This document shows, one piece after another, positions 56,006 to 64,000 of a DNA stretch of 64,000 nucleotides. Numbering within the stretch: the stretch's first letter is position 1; the number at the start of each line of letters is the position of its first letter. Location of the stretch: positions 174,938-238,937 of the IMG/VR virus record IMGVR_UViG_3300030099_004448. One strand, given 5' to 3'. The notes below the pieces were generated by a model. The model saw nothing but the letters and a program-made list of their open reading frames with translations, did not search any database and had not been told where the DNA came from. The position numbers and the translations under genes were made by a program.

Positions 56006-57118
56006 ATGACCCATTACACCCGTAGAATTATACAATCAGGATCCTTATTAGCGGGATCAGTTACTTTTAATTCCCCTGGCACTTTTACTGCTCCCCCAAG
56101 ATTACAGGTTGCTAGTTTATCTGGAAAGGGCGCTGCGGGAAATCCAGGCAATCCTGGTAATGCTGGTAATAAGGGTAATGGCGGATCAGGAAATCCTGGA
56201 AACCACGGTGGTGGTGGAGGAGGCGGAGGCGGTGGTGGTTCCGCTGCTGAAGGCGAAAAATCAAGCACTAATAGTGCCCAGGGTGGCCAAAAAGGCGGAA
56301 GCACAAACAACCCTGGCGGTGGCGGTGGTAATGGTGGTAGTAAAGGAAACCCCATCAACTTTGGTAGGGACGAAGAATATAATAACAAATACACTAAAAA
56401 AGCAAACGCTGGCAATCCTGGTAGTCAAGGGCAGTCAGGTAATCAAGGCAATAAAAATAGTGGCAATAGTGGTGGATCAGGAAATCCTGGTAATTCAGGA
56501 CAAGCTGGTGCAAAAACTAAATTTGGTAATTATCAATTCCCTGGTGGAAATGGCGGAAATGCTGGTTCGGGAAATCCAGGCAATCCTGGAAATCCTGGTA
56601 ATAAGGGAAATGCTGGTGGTGGCGGTAATGGCGGAGGAGGAGGTGGCGGCGCACTTGTCGCCTACAACAACTTCGGTAATGATGACTACAAAATGGATGC
56701 CATAACTAAAGGAAATGCTGGTAGTGGCGGCAATCCTGGCGGTCAAAGTGGTAATACTGGGCAAAGATTTTGGAACGATCGCGGCAACTGTGCTGGTGGT
56801 AATGGTGGCGGCGGTGGTCCTGGTCCTGGTCCCGCTGGTGCTGGTGGTGAAGGTGGCAACGGAGGCGGTGCCAATGGCAATGATGACTCTGGTGACGGTA
56901 AAGCAGGAGGCGGTGGCGGCGGAGGCGGCGGTGGTGGCGCCCAACGCAACACTGGTAACCCTGGAAATCCTGGAAACCCTGGATCTAGCAACCCTGGAAA
57001 CCCAGGAAATGCTGCTAATACCAATAGTTTCACAGATATTTCTATAACCCCATTGAATAATTATTCAGTCACAGTTCCGAGTGGTGGTACGGTAACTATC
57101 TCCTGGGATGCTCAATAA
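56006..57118 (+). CDS. glycine-rich G-X-Y/polyglycine virion protein
   Basis: GNPGNPGN triplets and G8-G10 runs; TFNSPGTFT N-terminus and YSVTV..GG.VTISW C-terminus. Confidence 0.75.
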   Translation: MTHYTRRIIQSGSLLAGSVTFNSPGTFTAPPRLQVASLSGKGAAGNPGNPGNAGNKGNGGSGNPGNHGGGGGGGGGGGSAAEGEKSSTNSAQGGQKGGSTNNPGGGGGNGGSKGNPINFGRDEEYNNKYTKKANAGNPGSQGQSGNQGNKNSGNSGGSGNPGNSGQAGAKTKFGNYQFPGGNGGNAGSGNPGNPGNPGNKGNAGGGGNGGGGGGGALVAYNNFGNDDYKMDAITKGNAGSGGNPGGQSGNTGQRFWNDRGNCAGGNGGGGGPGPGPAGAGGEGGNGGGANGNDDSGDGKAGGGGGGGGGGGAQRNTGNPGNPGNPGSSNPGNPGNAANTNSFTDISITPLNNYSVTVPSGGTVTISWDAQ

Positions 57119-57143
57119 ATAATCAAAACTTGTTTATTTTACT

Positions 57144-57623
57144 ATGGAAGAAATGAACAAATCTGCAGACCTTGAAGCGGTAGAAAAACAAAAAGAATTG
57201 TTAAACGCACAGATTGAACTTGAGAAACTTAAGTTCGAGATGTATGACATCAGAGCTGCTAAAAATAGAGCACGTAGTATTTCCGTTGGTTCTGCAAACG
57301 GTGGAACTATAGAAATTTCAATGCGTGGAGATACAAATGATCTGTATATGCAACTCAATCCAACTGAAGCGGTTGAATTGTTAAACTCTCTTGCTGCTCA
57401 ATGTGGTTTAGACATTGCTACTAGACCCAAGGACGATTATGCCACTTGGAGATCTTGGGATCCTAGAACTCTTCCTGACACAACACACCTTGGTCTTGGT
57501 TCATGGCAACTCAGTGATAACTCAAGAGAAAAACTTATTGCTAAAAAAGAATTAGAACTACAACAAGTTCGAGTAGAAGAACCACCCAAACCACTATTGC
57601 CTAATCAAAATGAATCTGAGTGA
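57144..57623 (+). CDS. hypothetical protein
   Basis: RARSI.VG...GGT.EI.MRG; late promoter 57115. Confidence 0.7.
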   Translation: MEEMNKSADLEAVEKQKELLNAQIELEKLKFEMYDIRAAKNRARSISVGSANGGTIEISMRGDTNDLYMQLNPTEAVELLNSLAAQCGLDIATRPKDDYATWRSWDPRTLPDTTHLGLGSWQLSDNSREKLIAKKELELQQVRVEEPPKPLLPNQNESE

Positions 57624-58143
57624 ACTTTACATTATTGTTGATAATCACCAAAAGGAAATAAGAGGAGTATTTCAAAAAGAACCACAAGATTGGAAAAATA
57701 TCTGCACATTTCCTGGACTAAGTGATGAAGAAAAATCTGATTTATCTTGGGCAGGTCATGATGGAGTGGGTTTTGTTCGTGGTGAATCTCTAAAAAATTA
57801 TTCTTGTAATGATGGTCACTTAGAAGAAATAAAACTGAATATAAAAAGAATGTCAGGAGAAATCATAAAAGATCTTCGTGCTGAAGGTGTGATTTTTGAA
57901 GGATATAGATTTCCTGTTGATTTGGAATCAATTATGTTTGCTAACTTCCAAAACAATAGACATTCTAATATCATCAAGAGTCAAAATAATTATCACAAAT
58001 TCAGTAGAGATCAAATGTTCTCTCTTGTAGAGAAACTAAATCATAAATTTGATGAACTATTAGATCAAGAAGTAGAATTTTTTAGACAAATTGATGAGTG
58101 TTCCTCAGTATATGAATTGAGTCAATTAAATTATGGTATCTGA
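57610..58143 (+). CDS. hypothetical protein, possible fibre assembly chaperone (DUF4376-like)
   Basis: P..W.NI....LSDEE..DLSWAG; C-terminal ID.C.SV.EL. Confidence 0.6.
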   Translation: MNLSELYIIVDNHQKEIRGVFQKEPQDWKNICTFPGLSDEEKSDLSWAGHDGVGFVRGESLKNYSCNDGHLEEIKLNIKRMSGEIIKDLRAEGVIFEGYRFPVDLESIMFANFQNNRHSNIIKSQNNYHKFSRDQMFSLVEKLNHKFDELLDQEVEFFRQIDECSSVYELSQLNYGI

Positions 58144-58798
58144 CTATTTTAATTACGATGTAGACAGTCTGGATTATATTATTCCAGATTTAGAATTAGA
58201 TGATTCCCTATCAGATGAATGGCCTTTGATGTCATTTAATAACCCATCACATGTAACAGTTTCTGATATTTTTTCTGAGGAAGAAATTGGTAAGATTATA
58301 TTTACAGGTAAACAATCTGGTTCACATTTAGGAACTGTTGCTTCAAATAGTGAGTTTGTAGTTGACTCTGAAGTGAGAAGATCTAAGGTCTCTTGGTTAA
58401 AACCAAACTCATTTAATAGTTGGTTGTATGAAAGATTGACTCGTATTATTTGCGAAATCAATGATTCTAATTGGGAATACGATTTACGTTCTATACAAAC
58501 ATTACAGTTTGGTGAATATCATTCAGAATACCAGGGGCATTATGTACAACATTTGGATGCTAATCTGGGAAATAATGTAAATACGACTCAAAGAAAATTA
58601 AGTTTTTCAGTTCAACTATCACATCCCAATATTTACCAAGGTGGTGATTTGGTATTGAATAATGGTATAGAGATAATATCAAAAAACAAAGGATCTATGA
58701 CTATATTTCCTTCACATACCTTACATGAAGTAACACCAGTAACCAAAGGTGTTCGTTATTCTTTAGTTGGTTGGGTTATTGGAGATAAGTTAAAATGA
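58133..58798 (+). CDS. 2OG-Fe(II) oxygenase (PKHD-type)
   Basis: HY.QHLD, RKLS..VQLS...Y.GG, FPS..LHEVTPVTKG.RYSLVGW. Confidence 0.88.
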   Translation: MVSDYFNYDVDSLDYIIPDLELDDSLSDEWPLMSFNNPSHVTVSDIFSEEEIGKIIFTGKQSGSHLGTVASNSEFVVDSEVRRSKVSWLKPNSFNSWLYERLTRIICEINDSNWEYDLRSIQTLQFGEYHSEYQGHYVQHLDANLGNNVNTTQRKLSFSVQLSHPNIYQGGDLVLNNGIEIISKNKGSMTIFPSHTLHEVTPVTKGVRYSLVGWVIGDKLK

Positions 58799-59352
58799 AT
58801 AAAGTAATTAGAGGATTTTTAGGATTAGAATTTTGTAAATTTACTGAACAATATTTTATCACCAGACTATCTTCTGGTAAAGATATTCAATTTGGTTCTG
58901 ACTCAAACACAAATAATGGAGGTATGAATATCTACGGTGATCCTTTCACTGATACAATTCTAAAACTATCCACAGATCATATCTCATGTGTGTTAGGCAA
59001 ACATTTACTGCCAACTTACTCCTATGTAAGATTTTATCAAAGAGGTGATGAGTTAAATATACACACAGATAGACCAGAATGTGAATACTCCGCAACTCTT
59101 ACTCTAGCACATCCTTCAGATCAACCACTATCCCCAATTTATTTTAACAAAAGTCCTTCAAAGAATGGTGCTGAAAGTGTTACTCTAGAAAGAGGAGATT
59201 TGTGCATTTATGAAGGTTGTAAATACTATCATTGGAGAGAACCAATAGAATCTGATTGGTTACTTCAATGTTTTATACACTGGGTTGATGCAAATGGACC
59301 CCATAAAGACTTATTATTCGATGGAAGACCTTTTCTGGGAGTACCTAAATAA
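58795..59352 (+). CDS. 2OG-Fe(II) oxygenase-like protein
   Basis: PTYSY.R.Y..G..L..HTDR..CE.S.TL, GD...Y.G....HWR. Confidence 0.8.
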   Translation: MNKVIRGFLGLEFCKFTEQYFITRLSSGKDIQFGSDSNTNNGGMNIYGDPFTDTILKLSTDHISCVLGKHLLPTYSYVRFYQRGDELNIHTDRPECEYSATLTLAHPSDQPLSPIYFNKSPSKNGAESVTLERGDLCIYEGCKYYHWREPIESDWLLQCFIHWVDANGPHKDLLFDGRPFLGVPK

Positions 59353-59382
59353 AAATGTCTGAGTTACTTATTATTCTCTATC

Positions 59383-59562
59383 ATGGCGAAACCAACAGAA
59401 ACTACTGGTGCTGATGTCGAAAGTATGATCACTGATCTGACATCAAGACTTGAAACACTTCGTGAAGAACTGCTCGAAACTGAGAGAGCATTTAACACTA
59501 AAAAAGAAGAATTTATTAAACTGTCTGGTGCTCTAGAAGCATTACATACAGTCAAAGGATAA
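59383..59562 (+). CDS. small coiled-coil protein (59 aa), not in ORF track
   Basis: MAKPTETTG...KLSGALEAL; late promoter 59345. Confidence 0.65.
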   Translation: MAKPTETTGADVESMITDLTSRLETLREELLETERAFNTKKEEFIKLSGALEALHTVKG

Positions 59563-59600
59563 TCTTTGAAACTCCACAGAGTTATTATATACATTATTAC

Positions 59601-59635
59601 GGGGGTATGTCAATATTGACTATCCCTCTTTTTTT
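59601..59635 (+). terminator. terminator-like hairpin overlapping next promoter
   Basis: GGGGGTATGTCAA-TA-TTGACTATCCCTC plus T tract. Confidence 0.55.
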
Positions 59636-59644
59636 CTCTATACT
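59616..59644 (+). promoter_or_regulatory. sigma70-type promoter
   Basis: TTGACT-17 nt-TATACT. Confidence 0.65.
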
Positions 59645-59652
59645 GTATTACT

Positions 59653-59964
59653 ATGCGTTTTGTCCGTAACTTGTTTAGAAATAAGAAAAGAGACAAAGAG
59701 TTACCGCAACTCCTTGACGGAAATGATTATCCAGACTTCTGGACACAGATAGAGGGTTTCAAAAAGTTTGCTGAAACAGTTAATCAAGGTTCTAAAGATG
59801 GCACCCCATTATTAGTATCTGAAGAAGTGAGCAAACTTAGAATTGAAGAGTGCGAACGTTGCGATTATTTCGATAAACAACAAACTAGGTGTAGAAAGTG
59901 TGGATGTTATATGAAAGTTAAGGTAAAATTTACTAATACAGCGTGTCCCGTAGGTAAGTGGTAG
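59653..59964 (+). CDS. Cys-rich putative metal-binding protein
   Basis: R...C..C.......C..CGC...K.....CP.GKW. Confidence 0.75.
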   Translation: MRFVRNLFRNKKRDKELPQLLDGNDYPDFWTQIEGFKKFAETVNQGSKDGTPLLVSEEVSKLRIEECERCDYFDKQQTRCRKCGCYMKVKVKFTNTACPVGKW

Positions 59965-59965
59965 T

Positions 59966-61609
59966 ATGTGTGGACTTGGATTAGTTTTCTCAAAAAAAGA
60001 TAAAATTCCTCACAATCTCATCAAGATCGCTGAAAATGACTTAGGACTTCGTGGTCCCTCCCATGCAACACATTATCTGGGAGATGATATTTACATGTAT
60101 CAATCTGTCTTGGCGATTCAAACAGAACCAGATCGTGATGATGGATTTGCTAGTCTACCTCAGAACTTTGATGTAACTCTCTATAACGGAGAGATATATG
60201 ATGATCATGAGCATGATAGTGACATCGAAATGTTGCAGAAGTCCAGTGCTAAACAACTGGTTCTGGGTCGATGTGATGGAATGTTTGCCGTTATTCAGGC
60301 ACAGAGACATGGACAATGGTTGGATATTACTGCCCTGAGAGATATTCACGGGGAGAAAAGAATCTTCTATTATGATAGTCCTAGAGTCCTGATTCTTGCT
60401 TCTACGCCATCATTCATCCTTAAAGTTATGGAGGAGTTTGATGAACCAGTGACTTTGAATGAGGTAGCACTGAAAGATTATTTTGTAACGAGACATTATA
60501 TCTCAAACTCCACTGCAATCAGTGGGATCTATCAAGTGCCCCCAGGTAGTAAGTTTCACTTCAATAAGTATTCCTCAGTCACTCAAGTATGGACGCCTAG
60601 AAAATATCTGAACTCAGAACTTACAAGAGAACTAAACAACACCACTCCTGGACAATATACACACTATCTTGAAGAGTTGATAATAAGAACTCTCAAGAAG
60701 ATGCAGTCAAGTGTTCGTCCACATGTGAACGTCTATTCAACAGTATCTGGTGGTACAGATTCGTCGATAGTCACTAAACTATTAGAGAACATTGGCACTC
60801 AGTTGATACGAGGGATCACACTTACGTTTGATGAGAAAGATTCTGTTGCTCTGTTTGCTGATAAATTGTTCGATAAACTCTACACGGGGCAGGTAGTTAG
60901 GAACATAGATCGTGAGAGTTATCATGAGTCTTACCTACAGACTCTTAAGTTATGTTGTTCTCCCATACCATCGCATGATTTTGCCTCTGCAAATCTGTTG
61001 TATGAGATGTTAGAACCTGGATCAATACTATATGGTGGTGAAGGCGCAGATGAATTATTTCTAGGATACAAATACTATCAGAATTGTGTACGTTCAGAGT
61101 ACAGTATGGCAGTAAGAAATAACTTCAAACTATCATTCTCAGAGAACATACAAGAAGACTATGAGTATGCCTTCCAGTTCTTTATTGACAACCTGTACTC
61201 TACAAAAGATGCACACATTAAAGCATGTTCTTTTGTAGATTTCTTCCATCAGATGCCTAATGCCACTCTAATGTCTGGAGATCTGATTGGTTCTAGTCAT
61301 GGAATTGAGACTAGGACGCCATTCACACGCAAAGATATTGTGACCTATGCAATCAACTCTCCGCCATATTTGTTGGACAATAAGAGACCACTTAGTAAAA
61401 TCTTCGAGAATCATTATCAACGTAGACCTTATGCTAAGATTGGATTCAGTGGGCACCCCAATGAAATGTATCGTTACCTAGAGAATGGCATCGATAAAAG
61501 TTATGAAATCTACGGAAGTTATGTCCAATCACCATACAACGACAGAGATACTGAGTGGAAGTATATAAACACTGAGTTTTTCCTTGACACATTCTGCTTT
61601 ACTCCCTAA
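59966..61609 (+). CDS. asnB: asparagine synthase (glutamine-hydrolysing)-like amidotransferase
   Basis: MCG N-terminal nucleophile, RGP, YNGEIY, DGMFA, RD..G.K, SGGTDSS, GEGADELF.GY, E.R.PF. Confidence 0.85.
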   Translation: MCGLGLVFSKKDKIPHNLIKIAENDLGLRGPSHATHYLGDDIYMYQSVLAIQTEPDRDDGFASLPQNFDVTLYNGEIYDDHEHDSDIEMLQKSSAKQLVLGRCDGMFAVIQAQRHGQWLDITALRDIHGEKRIFYYDSPRVLILASTPSFILKVMEEFDEPVTLNEVALKDYFVTRHYISNSTAISGIYQVPPGSKFHFNKYSSVTQVWTPRKYLNSELTRELNNTTPGQYTHYLEELIIRTLKKMQSSVRPHVNVYSTVSGGTDSSIVTKLLENIGTQLIRGITLTFDEKDSVALFADKLFDKLYTGQVVRNIDRESYHESYLQTLKLCCSPIPSHDFASANLLYEMLEPGSILYGGEGADELFLGYKYYQNCVRSEYSMAVRNNFKLSFSENIQEDYEYAFQFFIDNLYSTKDAHIKACSFVDFFHQMPNATLMSGDLIGSSHGIETRTPFTRKDIVTYAINSPPYLLDNKRPLSKIFENHYQRRPYAKIGFSGHPNEMYRYLENGIDKSYEIYGSYVQSPYNDRDTEWKYINTEFFLDTFCFTP

Positions 61610-61612
61610 TAT
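61584..61612 (+). promoter_or_regulatory. sigma70-type promoter
   Basis: TTGACA-17 nt-TAATAT. Confidence 0.55.
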
Positions 61613-61635
61613 GGTGAGGTAATTGATATAAAACA

Positions 61636-61830
61636 ATGACTCCCGAAAAGTTCCAACTGCTCCGCGATTGGGTCCGAGCAGAGATTAAGTCAGTAATCAC
61701 TGAAGAGAGTAATAAAGATACTACTAATTATTGGAAAGGAAAAAACACAAATCCCGATGCACTTAAGGAATCAGAAGTAGCATTCCTTCGAGTGATGCAG
61801 GCATTTTGTGGTGGACAGGTGCTCCTGTGA
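61636..61830 (+). CDS. hypothetical protein
   Basis: 64 aa after promoter. Confidence 0.65.
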   Translation: MTPEKFQLLRDWVRAEIKSVITEESNKDTTNYWKGKNTNPDALKESEVAFLRVMQAFCGGQVLL

Positions 61831-61997
61831 GACCTAAGTTTTCCAATGAGTATTACAAGGTAGGTTATTACCTTGGAGATGAACATAGGTGGGCAGTATA
61901 TTTTACGATGGAATCTGCCCAGGAAGCGATGATGAAAATGATCAAGAGAGGGCAAGAGGTAACAGGGATGGAGTCCGCGACCCTGTGTGACAGTTGA
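61827..61997 (+). CDS. small hypothetical protein
   Basis: GTGA coupling; 56 aa. Confidence 0.55.
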   Translation: MRPKFSNEYYKVGYYLGDEHRWAVYFTMESAQEAMMKMIKRGQEVTGMESATLCDS

Positions 61998-62143
61998 TCA
62001 AAGTGTCCACTACTCTCGCCGCGGTGGTCCGACCCGTGTATATTAAATGAGTCGAGGGGAGACCTGAGACGCACACCGAGAGGCAAAACCGTAAGAGGGA
62101 ACGACAAACAGTTCTCCGCCTCTCACACTCATTCCTAAGTATC

Positions 62144-62563
62144 ATGGGCACTCGTTCACGCATCGGTAAGCAACTCGCAGACGGTTCTATTCTGTCTGTC
62201 TATTGTCACTACGATGGTTATCCTGAGTTCAATGGTCGCGTTCTCCGTGACTATTTCTCCACCGATGAGAAAGTTTCTGAACTGATTGACGGTGGTGATA
62301 TGTCTGCTACCTGGACTAATGCAGGTTGGAGAAACGAAACACTTCCCAAAACTGGTCCTCTCCACTATACTCAACGTGGTGAATCTATTGAAGACAATGC
62401 ACCGATGATTCACGATTCTCTGAATGATTTCATTGAGAATGGTGAAGAGTTCGGTTATGTGTTTACAAGTGCAGGTTGGACCTGTTATGATACTAAGACC
62501 TGGAGCGATACATACAAGCAACAGGTTGCAATCCCCGCAGGAGGTATTACCGATGGAAACTAA
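62144..62563 (+). CDS. phage hypothetical protein (MGTRSRIG...YCHYDGYP family)
   Basis: Recognisable N-terminal motif. Confidence 0.8.
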   Translation: MGTRSRIGKQLADGSILSVYCHYDGYPEFNGRVLRDYFSTDEKVSELIDGGDMSATWTNAGWRNETLPKTGPLHYTQRGESIEDNAPMIHDSLNDFIENGEEFGYVFTSAGWTCYDTKTWSDTYKQQVAIPAGGITDGN

Positions 62564-62684
62564 AATGATCCAAGTAAAGTATTACTTTAAGGAACATCCC
62601 AAGACTTCGCTATCAGTATTCCTCAAAACTGAAGAACAAGTTAAAGCTTTCAAAGAAAAACACCCCGATTACATCTATGTCTGA
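62553..62684 (+). CDS. small hypothetical protein
   Basis: AGGAGG RBS; 43 aa. Confidence 0.65.
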   Translation: METKMIQVKYYFKEHPKTSLSVFLKTEEQVKAFKEKHPDYIYV

Positions 62685-62820
62685 TTCTACTAAGTACAAC
62701 GATTTCGATGAACTCTATGAAGATTTCATGGAGTCAGGTAGCGATGAGTGGTTGCTTCCTGAGTGTGGAGTGAAGGAAGAACTGGACAGGGAAACGCTTG
62801 CACTCCTCCGTTCCTTCTGA
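62677..62820 (+). CDS. small acidic hypothetical protein (47 aa), not in ORF track
   Basis: Read manually. Confidence 0.55.
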   Translation: MSDSTKYNDFDELYEDFMESGSDEWLLPECGVKEELDRETLALLRSF

Positions 62821-62826
62821 TAAACT
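62798..62826 (+). promoter_or_regulatory. sigma70-type promoter
   Basis: TTGCAC-17 nt-TAAACT. Confidence 0.5.
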
Positions 62827-62931
62827 GAATAGTATGGGAACGGAGATGCCCTTAAAGACCTCCACTTCCAGATATGCTTTTAGCAGTTAAAGTCTGGACA
62901 AAAAACACTTTGCTTCTAGCACTTTTTTATC

Positions 62932-63954
62932 ATGTCCAAGAACAATTATTTTGTGCAAGTTCCCGACACTTGCGACGATCCCATTTGGGATGAAATTATT
63001 TCTAGAATTCCTGAACCTGAAGTAGTTGATGGTATGGAATTTATCGAAAGAAAAGTTTTGAAAACTACTGTCCCGAATAAGAAGAACAAACGGGGAGAAA
63101 CGCAAAACCTTGCTCGCCAATCAGGTACTGGTAAGCGAGATGAAACTCTTCTTGGTAGTTTTGAGAAGGGTATTGATACCCGTGAAATGCCACCAAAACT
63201 TATCAATGAAGATGGTCATCTTTCTTTGTATGGTGGTTATGGTCGTGCAGCAATTTTTGAAGAACTTGGTTATAGTGCATGGGTATATGACAACTATAAG
63301 TTTAACCGATCTAAACGCAATTCCCTCCAGTCAACTAATGTGGAGGTTCTAGAAGATGCTGCAATTAGTGATAATGGATCTGCAAAATCTAAACCCGCAC
63401 AAAAATCTGATTATGTTAGTATTCTTATCCGTCGTATCAAAGATCATGGATGGAATCGAGATCAAATGGAGGCGTGGTTTGCTAGCATTGAACATTGTCT
63501 AACTAAACGACAAGTCACAGAATATATCACTTCTGCTATCCGTACTGAAACAGCACAAGGTCGCATTGAGTGGTATAACGAAAAAGAAATCAACAAAAAA
63601 GTCTTTAATGAAGACCCTAGTTTGATCATCCTGAATACTACTGACGCGGAGAAAGGTAACAATCAACGTTTTATTCGCACATTATGGAGTATGATGGACT
63701 CTTACGTCCAAAGTAAGGGTAAGACACAATCTTATTGTTTCTGGAATAGTCAAGCGTGCAGTCATGAAGATATTGATGATGCACACCTTGCCGCAGAAAA
63801 CCTTATGAATGAGTATGTTTCTGATATTCTTAAGTTTGCTGCTGCAGTCAACTATCATCGGACCAAACCATGTCAACCCACAAAGGTTGTATTCCAGAAA
63901 CATGGATGCGATAAATTGGTGGGACATGTTGTAGACTATCCTGCAATCGACTGA
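62932..63954 (+). CDS. hypothetical protein, possible ParB/Srx-like N-terminal domain
   Basis: SF..GI.....PP......L.GG.GR..I pattern resembles the ParB G.HR region; family assignment weak. Confidence 0.6.
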   Translation: MSKNNYFVQVPDTCDDPIWDEIISRIPEPEVVDGMEFIERKVLKTTVPNKKNKRGETQNLARQSGTGKRDETLLGSFEKGIDTREMPPKLINEDGHLSLYGGYGRAAIFEELGYSAWVYDNYKFNRSKRNSLQSTNVEVLEDAAISDNGSAKSKPAQKSDYVSILIRRIKDHGWNRDQMEAWFASIEHCLTKRQVTEYITSAIRTETAQGRIEWYNEKEINKKVFNEDPSLIILNTTDAEKGNNQRFIRTLWSMMDSYVQSKGKTQSYCFWNSQACSHEDIDDAHLAAENLMNEYVSDILKFAAAVNYHRTKPCQPTKVVFQKHGCDKLVGHVVDYPAID

Positions 63955-63975
63955 TAAGGGACTCTTATCGATCAA

Positions 63976-64000
63976 CCCCTTGCCGCACTGCGGTGAGGGG
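63976..64000. other. GC-rich hairpin at window edge
   Basis: CCCCTTGCCGC-ACT-GCGGTGAGGGG; downstream context missing. Confidence 0.4.

Noticed and set aside
56014-57047. Multiple alternative-frame and antisense ORFs over the Gly-rich gene (likewise 35414-36002)
   Set aside because: Low-complexity GGN repeats lack stop codons in other frames
59966-61609. AsnB-like gene as a lasso-peptide cyclase with neighbouring small ORFs as precursors
   Set aside because: The intact N-terminal glutaminase Cys is present; no B1/B2 leader peptidase or lasso precursor motif nearby
62069-62108. Resemblance to a c-di-GMP-I riboswitch (ACGCAC...GGCAAAACC...GGGAACGACAAA)
   Set aside because: The required GNRA-capped stem does not pair convincingly and an alternative fold is stronger; kept only as an unnamed structured leader

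Overview
64 kb of an AT-rich T4-like cyanomyophage genome (Kyanoviridae-type, probably infecting marine Synechococcus). Basis: T4 core genes (gp33, gp59, gp32, gp53, gp48, gp2, gp4, gp54, gp26, gp51, gp5), cyanophage auxiliary genes (talC, cp12, phoH, thyX, cpcT/cpeT, glutaredoxin), (A/C)TAAATA late promoters, sigma70-type promoters and four tRNAs. The accessory regions carry many tailoring enzymes: kdsA/kdsB, two amidinotransferases, three radical SAM proteins, a short DegT-type and a HisC-like aminotransferase, three GT25 and two GT2/7C glycosyltransferases, about seven 2OG-Fe(II) oxygenase domains and an AsnB-like amidotransferase. Three signals stand out. (1) An interlocked tandem glutamine-riboswitch-like RNA (18639-18870) has a complete 55-codon ORF inside one aptamer stem; it lies behind an NtcA-like box and ahead of YRG-motif peptides. 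(2) The gp26/gp51 junction has a T_TTT_TTC slippery site, an upstream SD-like sequence and a downstream hairpin/pseudoknot that would fuse the two ORFs by -1 frameshift, like lambda G/GT tail chaperones. (3) A GT25-DegT-oxygenase-radical SAM-amidinotransferase operon resembles streptidine/aminoglycoside biosynthetic logic. All family assignments come from motif recognition by eye; no database searches were run.
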